The notes under the pieces were generated by a model. That model did no database searches and was not told the origin of the DNA. It saw nothing but the letters and a program-made list of their open reading frames with translations. Source: an uncultured archaeon (GTDB lineage Archaea; Micrarchaeota; Micrarchaeia; Micrarchaeales; CABMGC01). From it: a DNA stretch of 13,134 nucleotides. This document shows, in pieces, positions 7,097 through 13,134 of the stretch. Within the stretch, counting starts at the first letter, position 1. The number at the start of each line of letters is the position of its first letter. Location of the stretch: positions 1 to 13,134 of the forward strand of contig CAWBCT010000003.1 of assembly GCA_963787445.1 (NCBI GenBank). The letters are read 5' to 3'. The position numbers and the translations under genes were made by a program.

Positions 7097-7915
7097 ACAG
7101 GATAGGATTCCACGTGTCGGCTGCGGGCGGGGTCAGCAATGCATTCGACAACGCCAGGAGATCGGCTGCAACGCGATGCAGATCTTCCTGAGCAGCCCTC
7201 AGATGTGGGATGTCAGCCCGATAAGCAAGGAGGAGAAGGCGCGCTTCATAGAAAAGGATAAGTCGAGCGACATAAAGCCGGTCGTTGTCCACATGCCGTA
7301 CCTCCCAACCTTTCTTCGCCAAAAGCCGACACCTACAAGAAGTCGGTAAGCACGCTCAAGGAGATAGCGAAGAGCTGCAGCGCGCTTGGGATAGGAAACG
7401 TGGTGATGCACCTGGGCAGCCATCTGGGGGAAGGCAAAGAGATCGGAATGAAAAACCTAGTCGCAGCTGTAAACTCCGCGCTCAATGAGGTGGACGATGT
7501 TTGCATGCTGCTCGAGGATCAGGCAGGCCAGACCAACACTGTCGGCACAAACATGGAAGACCTTGGCGAGATATACAAGCAGTTAAGCAAGAGGAATGCG
7601 GGAATCTGCCTTGACACCTGCCACCTTTGGGGAGCCGGGTACGACATAGGCGACCACGAGGCCCTCAAAAAGGTAGACAAGACGTTAGGATTCAAGAACG
7701 TGAAGCTGATACACCTGAACGACTCAAAGTTCGGGATTGGGTTAGGCAAGGACAGGCACGAGCGGATCGGAGAAGGAGAGATAGGGGCCAAGCGCATAGC
7801 AAGCTTCCTCTCCTACAAGGGAATCGACAGCATTCCTCTAATTATGGAGACGCCTCACGAGACCACTGAGAGCCAAATAAAGGAGCTGGCATTGGTAAAG
7901 CGACTCCTGAAGTAA
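7093..7915 (+). CDS. nfo: Endonuclease IV (AP endonuclease 2 family), two frameshifts (~7155, ~7310)
   Basis: MNRIGFHVSAAGG, AMQIFLSSPQMW, VVVHMPY, VMHLGS, LLEDQAGQ, ICLDTCHLWGAGYD, IHLNDSK, DRHERIGEGEIG, IMETP. All nine canonical Zn-ligand positions are present. Confidence 0.95.
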
Positions 7916-7942
7916 ATAGAGGGTGAAAAATTAGGTGACAAT

Positions 7943-9562
7943 ATGACCATTAGTGTAAACCATGAAAAAAATATATTTGAAAAAGGGTGACATAAAAATC
8001 GTCAGCAGATTGAAGATGACAAGAATGCCAGACGGAGATCATGCTTGGCGCTGGAAAAATCAGCTGATAAAACGAAAAATGCCAATCTCGGGAGGCATGA
8101 ACCCTCATGCCGTAATAATAGGCGAGAGGGGTTCTGGAAAGAGGAATGCTTGCAAGGCTTTGATACTTAGTTTGCTTGATGAAAAATGCAACTTCATCGT
8201 CCTAGATCCTCATAACGAGTACGTTGGCATGGCGGATATGATAAAGGCAAATGTATACAATTGCGCCAATGGAGGCATAAACATTTTTGAAACAGATGGG
8301 ATGTCATTTGTAGAAAAAAGTACGGAACTCACAATGATGTTCACAAAACACATGAGACTAGGCCATTATCAGAGCTCTGTGCTGTATAAGTGTCTAAGGT
8401 ACATGTACGAACATAACGAAAAGGCGTCAGAGCCAACTAAGTATAGTCTCATAAAAGTGATGGATGGCTTCTTGGCAAAGGCGGATAAGAGAGAGGCTAG
8501 TGCAATAAATACAATTAGCCAACGACTAGTGATGCTTCACGGCAATACTATAAGTTACTGTTTGAAAATCGAGCAGATCCTGAATTCTAACAATGTATTG
8601 GCATTGTCAGAATTACATACTTCCGAGTCGCAAGCCGTATTCATAGAGGGGTTTCTACGAAAGGTCTATTCAACAATGCTTTCAAGCGCAGACCGAAAGG
8701 AAAACAACTTACATAGTTGTTGAGGAGGCAGGTAAGTTGGGGGAGTGTGAGATACTCAAAAGATTAATTTCTGAAGGCCGAAAGTATGGAATTGGTATAA
8801 TAGCGGTGGCTCAGAGCGCGAAGTGCTTGGATCGGGAGGTGAGGATAAACGCGGCATTATTCATTTCCTTCTATCAGCGGGAACCTGAAGAACTGAACTA
8901 CGTAGCTAACTTCATATCAGGCGGCAACGAAGGCAAGCGTTTTATAGAGGTCAAAAAGGCGTTTAGAAGCCTGTGAATGACCATGGCTTGGTTCTTTCCC
9001 ATGGCATGCTCGAACCGGTCATTGCACATTTTGCGCCGGTAAGGTACTAGGAGGGAATCTTGGTTATAGTATAGCCGAATTCACAAAAAACCAATCAGCA
9101 AAGGAGAGCTGTGTCGCAAGCTTTACTCCCAAGGTTTCAACTTCAGAGAAGCGGAGGCCACTATCGAGAGGCTACATAGAGGCGAAGCTCAGGAACCATG
9201 TTTTAGAAGGATGCGGGGAGTTTGACGGAAAATGGTATGTCAGTAATCCAACGATACGCCAGAGCACGATGTGATGGTTGAAATAATAAGCAGCAAGCTC
9301 ACAAAGGTCGGCATCAAAAACAGAATTTACAACAAGGCCGGTGGGCCCGATGTAATTGGATATATAAAAGAGGGCAAGGTGGCTTTTGAATACGAAACTG
9401 GGAAAAATGCTAAAAGCCAATTCGCAGATGAACTTGCACGAAGGAAAGCACAGGATTATCGGGCTATTATTGTAATTGTGAACTCAACAAAACTGCATAA
9501 CTATCTCCATTATAAAAAGGAGAAACGTCAGGGTAATCACCGAGAGGGAATTCCTAGCTTAA
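7943..9562 (+). CDS. HerA/FtsK/VirD4-superfamily (DUF87-like) ATPase with a C-terminal helical segment and PD-(D/E)xK-like domain, frameshifted
   Basis: AGGTGA RBS (7933-7938) precedes ATG 7943. Walker A HAVIIGERGSGKR (GERGSGKR at 8121-8144), LDPHNEY (8202-8222), Walker B YIVVEEA (8710-8730, shifted frame), and arginine-finger/sensor EGRKYGIGIIAVAQS. Then EH (9262-9267), GPD (PD at 9346-9351) and AFEYETGK (9382-9405). A final shift gives VITEREFLA and TAA at 9560-9562. The ATPase call is strong; the single-gene fusion is inferred. Confidence 0.8.
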
Positions 9563-9603
9563 GCGCCCAGTCAATTTTTATTCCTTTAAGCCCATCCCTA
9601 ATC

Positions 9604-10529
9604 ATGGAATCCATAGAGCTAGGCAAGTCAGGCGTAAAACTGCCAGTATTGGGAATGGGAACGTGGAAGCTCGGCGCGGACTACGCCGGCTCGGTCCAGG
9701 TGCTTAAGCGGGGAATAGAGCTGGGAATAAATTTCGTTGATACGGCTGAGATCTACGGTAATGAGGTCATCGTGGGCGAGGCGATAAAGGGGAGCGGGGT
9801 CTTCCTGGCCACGAAGGTCTCGCCCTGCCATTTCAAGGAGAAGGACGTGCTTGCCGCCTGCGACGAGAGCCTGAAGCGGCTCGGCACGAAGCACATAGAC
9901 CTGTACCAGCTCCACTGGCCAAACCACAACGTCCCCATAAAGGAGACGATGCGAGCGATGGAGAGGCTCGTGGACGAGGGGAAGATAAGGCACATCGGAG
10001 TGAGCAACTTCTCCGTGGCGGAGTTCGAGGAGGCCAGGGCGGCGATGCACAGGCACGAGATCGTCTCCAACCAGATAGAGTACAGCGTGATCGTGCGGGA
10101 GGTGGGGGACGCATTTATGGAGTTTGCGAAGAGGAATAAGGTGGCGGTGATAGCCTACAGCCCGTTCGGGCACGGCGCGCTGTACGACGAGCGGTACGGG
10201 GGCGCGCACGGCTGCTGGACGAGATAGGGAAGAGGCACGGGAAGACGGCGAGCCAGGTGGCGCTGAACTGGCTGATGGAGAAGGGGGACGTCTCGGTGAT
10301 CCCGAAGGCCTCGAGCCTGCACCACCTGGAGGAAAATCTTGGAGCCGTGGGCTGGAAGCTCAAGCCGGATGACATCAAACAGATCGACGAGATCGGCCAG
10401 CTCAAGGAGCCGCTCTCCAACCGGATGAACACCCCGGTGGCTAGGAAGATGTCGGGCTTCTGGTCCAAGGTGATGGGCAGGATGGAGAGCAGAGGAATTG
10501 CCAAGAAGCCCGGGCAGGAAAAGGATTAA
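9604..10529 (+). CDS. Aldo/keto reductase family oxidoreductase, frameshifted near 10200-10250
   Basis: LGMGTWKLG, FVDTAEIYGNE (catalytic D and Y), FLATKV (K), IDLYQLHWP (H), IRHIGVSNF, NQIEYS, IAYSPFGHG, QVALNWL, IPKASS..HLEEN. TTTTTATT at 9575-9582 precedes ATG 9604. Confidence 0.95.
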
Positions 10530-10554
10530 GAAGACGCCCAAGCCATACTAAACG

Positions 10555-11431
10555 ATGGCAATCTCAGACATCACCATAGGCATAATACTCGCGTTCATCG
10601 CGATGGTCTCCTGGGGATTCGGCGACTTCTTCATACAGAAATCAACCATAAAGATCGGCGACTGGGAGACTCTCTTCTTCATCTCAATCATAGGCGTAAT
10701 CATCGTCACGCCGTTCATCTGGAGCAGCGTGCCGGCTCTTTTCGCAAACCTCCCCGATCTGCTGCTTTTGCTGGTGGTCTCGGTGCTTCTTCTAGCGGCC
10801 GCGCTTTTTGACTTCGAGTCGCTCAGGCAGGGCAAGATAGCCATAATAGAGCCGATCTACGCGCTGGAGATCCCGTTGCAGGACTGCTTGCATTCCTCAT
10901 CCTGAACGAGACGGTGAACTTGCTCCAGCTTGGCCTGATAATAGGCATAGTGGTAGGGCTGGTGCTGGTCTCGCTGAGAAAATTCAACATAAAGGCAAAG
11001 CACCTGGTGGAAAGGGGCGTGATTCTCGCGGTGATAGGCACCATCTTCATGGGAATGGTGAACTTCGGGTTCGGCGTGGGCTCCAGAGCCACAAGCGCGC
11101 TCCTGACCAACTGGTTTGCCGATCGATTCGGCGGTCATCACCGTCGCCTACATCCTATACAAGAAGAGGCACGGGATGGTACTCTTCCACTTCAAGCACA
11201 ACAAGAAGGTGATCTTCAGGATGTCGATACTGGACAAGATCGCCTGGGTCTCCTTCGCGGGCGCGATGGTTCTGGCACCCATAGTCATCGTGGTGCCTCT
11301 CGGAGAGCTACATAATACTCACCGTGCTGCTTGGAGTCATCATAAACAGGGAGAAGATCAACAGGCACCAGACGATTGGGCTTGTAATTGGAGTAGGATG
11401 TGCGATACTTCTTGCGGCAAGCATCATCTGA
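10555..11431 (+). CDS. EamA/DMT-family membrane transporter, frameshifted
   Basis: Two hydrophobic repeat halves: AMVSWGFGDFFIQKS, ESLRQGKIAIIEPI, LNETVNLLQLGLI, and the C-terminal ILTVLLGVIINREKINRHQTIGLVIGVGCAILLAASII ending at TGA 11429-11431. Confidence 0.85.
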
Positions 11432-11437
11432 TAAAAA

Positions 11438-13134
11438 CTAGACCTTCTCCACAGCGATATTCCGCGGTCTCTTCCTCGATCTCAAACGGCTTCCGGCATG
11501 GGGGGAAGAAGGTTCAACGATGGAGGTCGCGTTCACGTCCTTCCTGATCTTCTTAATATTCTCTTTAATCAGTTTCACCAATAGCGGCGAGCCGGTGTAC
11601 TGCACCCTTACCTTATCGGGCTTGCGCAGCTCCATCTCCTTCCTGATCATCTGGACGTGCCTCTCGAACTCCCTGATGAGCGCCTCGGCCTGGAGCTCCC
11701 TGTCGATCTGCGGGTCGATGTAGGCTATGCCGGCACGGAAGGGCACGGCGTTGGGCTTGGAGGCCTTCTCGAGCAGGGTAAAGTGCTCCTTGGTCACCTC
11801 AACGGGCCCCTTGGAAGTATGGAGCGTAAACACCCCCCTGGTTGAGATGCCAGCCTCGAGCGCCTTGGCGTCGGCACCCTTCAAGGGCCTCAGGAATGGC
11901 CGAGGCCTTATCCTTGAAGGAGGGGCCAAGCTTCGCGAACATAGGGCGGATCTCCACCTCAAAGTCCTCGGTGCGCTTGACTTCGAGGTGCTTCAAATTA
12001 GTATAGTCTTCCACAAGCCTTGCGAACCGTTGCAGAGACTGCTCAATTTCGCCTTGTGGACTTCAAGGGTTGCCTTCGATAAGGGTTGCCTCAACTTGAT
12101 GTTCGCCTTCTCCCTGCTGCTCAATATGGCAGTGACCGAGTCCATCGCAAGATCAAATCCAAGTCTCAACCTCTGTATTAATCATCTTCTTGCTAACTTT
12201 TGGCCAGTCATTCAGGAAGATGCTCTCTGCAGAGGCCTCTTTCTTGTAATATTTCAGATAAAGATACTCTGAAGTGAACGGGTATGAACGGCGAATAGGC
12301 CGTGATCAGTGTATAAAGTAGGTAGTTAATTAGGTCCAGGGTCTTCTTTGCCTCTGACCTGCTCCCATCGATTATCCTCTTCTTGGCTATCTTGAGGTAG
12401 AATCTGCTCAAATCATTAAGGCAGAACTCGCCTAGAGCGTTATTCGCTACCTGAACTTCGTACTTCTCAAGAGACTCACTCGCCGTCTTCAGAGTAGAGT
12501 TTAGCCTCGACACAATCCAAACATCCTCCAAATTACTCTTATCATTAATTCTTGGCTTCTTGATCTTGTCTGCCTTGTAGTCTATCGCAGAGGCGTAATC
12601 CTCAAACAACTGGAAAACGTTATACAAAATGTTAATCTTCTTGCTCGCCTCCTTTATCTCATCCTTCTTGAACTGCAAATCAAGCCACTGCGTATGGCTG
12701 GAAACCCATAATCGATACGCATCCGCGCTGGTAAACGTCAAAAGTTCCTTCAATGAGATGTAATTGCCCCAACTCTTGTGCATCTCCCTTCCATCTTCAG
12801 CAAGTAGCATCCCGTCTATTACCACATTCTTGAAGGGGGTCTTCCCATAGACCATGACGCTGCTCTTGAGTAGTACAGAGAACCATCCTCTTAAGTGGTG
12901 CAAGACCTATAAGTATGAATGCCGCAGGGAACAGTCTCTCGAACTCCTCCTTGCTCAGGCTTGCCACGAAGGCGATGCTCGCATCGAACCACACGTCGGC
13001 CACATCGCTGATGCGGCGCATTGTGTGCTGTTGCATTTAGGACAATCGAGTAAGATTGCATCTACGTGAGGCCTGTGAAGGTCATGAAGTTTTGCCACTG
13101 CCTCCTTATTGTGGGCCTTCTCAGATAACTCATG
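11438..13134 (-). CDS. ileS: Isoleucyl-tRNA synthetase (archaeal/eukaryote-like type 2), C-terminal part; 5' end lies outside the window; frameshifted
   Basis: DLHRPHVD, CPKC, MRRISDVADVWFDAS, LRGWF, PFKNVVIDGMLLAEDGREMHKSWGN (KMSKS equivalent), ADAYRLW, DLSRFYLK, SPFIP, and C-terminal EALIREFERHVQMIRKEMEL. Confidence 0.93.

Noticed and set aside
9271-10227. ORF-track fusion of a nuclease-like domain to aldo/keto reductase
   Set aside because: One frameshift in the A-run near 9515-9525 gives a natural end (NVRVITEREFLA, TAA 9560-9562). The supposed linker contains a TATA-like TTTTTATT before the AKR ATG at 9604, and base composition differs between the two parts.
814-12272. Long alternative-frame or antisense ORFs (e.g. 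814-1281, 6562-7113, 9628-10209, 11727-12272)
   Set aside because: These are shadows of GC-rich coding genes that fully overlap confidently assigned proteins.
1478-13134. Programmed frameshifting or mass pseudogenisation
   Set aside because: Shifts are numerous, fall at unrelated short runs without consistent slippery sites, and hit an essential synthetase. Sequencing error is the simpler explanation.

Overview
A compact archaeal chromosomal segment. Evidence for this is GGTGA-type ribosome-binding sites, TATA boxes about 20-25 nt upstream of start codons, class I HMG-CoA reductase and archaeal-type IleRS. A Micrarchaeota/DPANN-like origin is my inference from gene style, not a database result. 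Many genes are broken by single-base indels, including the essential ileS, so most breaks are probably long-read errors. Reconstructed gene order: truncated hypothetical (+), 2-oxoacid:ferredoxin oxidoreductase beta and alpha (-), HMG-CoA reductase (+), a 270-nt AT-rich spacer dense with hairpins and repeats, two orphan ORFs (+), a rhodanese missed by the ORF track (-), HemK-like methyltransferase (-), hypothetical coupled to endonuclease IV (+), a low-GC HerA/FtsK/VirD4-like ATPase apparently fused to a helical segment and a PD-(D/E)xK-like domain (+), aldo-keto reductase (+), EamA/DMT transporter (+), and the 3' part of ileS (-). The two best novelty candidates are the ATPase-nuclease fusion next to nfo (7943-9562) and the structured non-coding element at 4578-4847.
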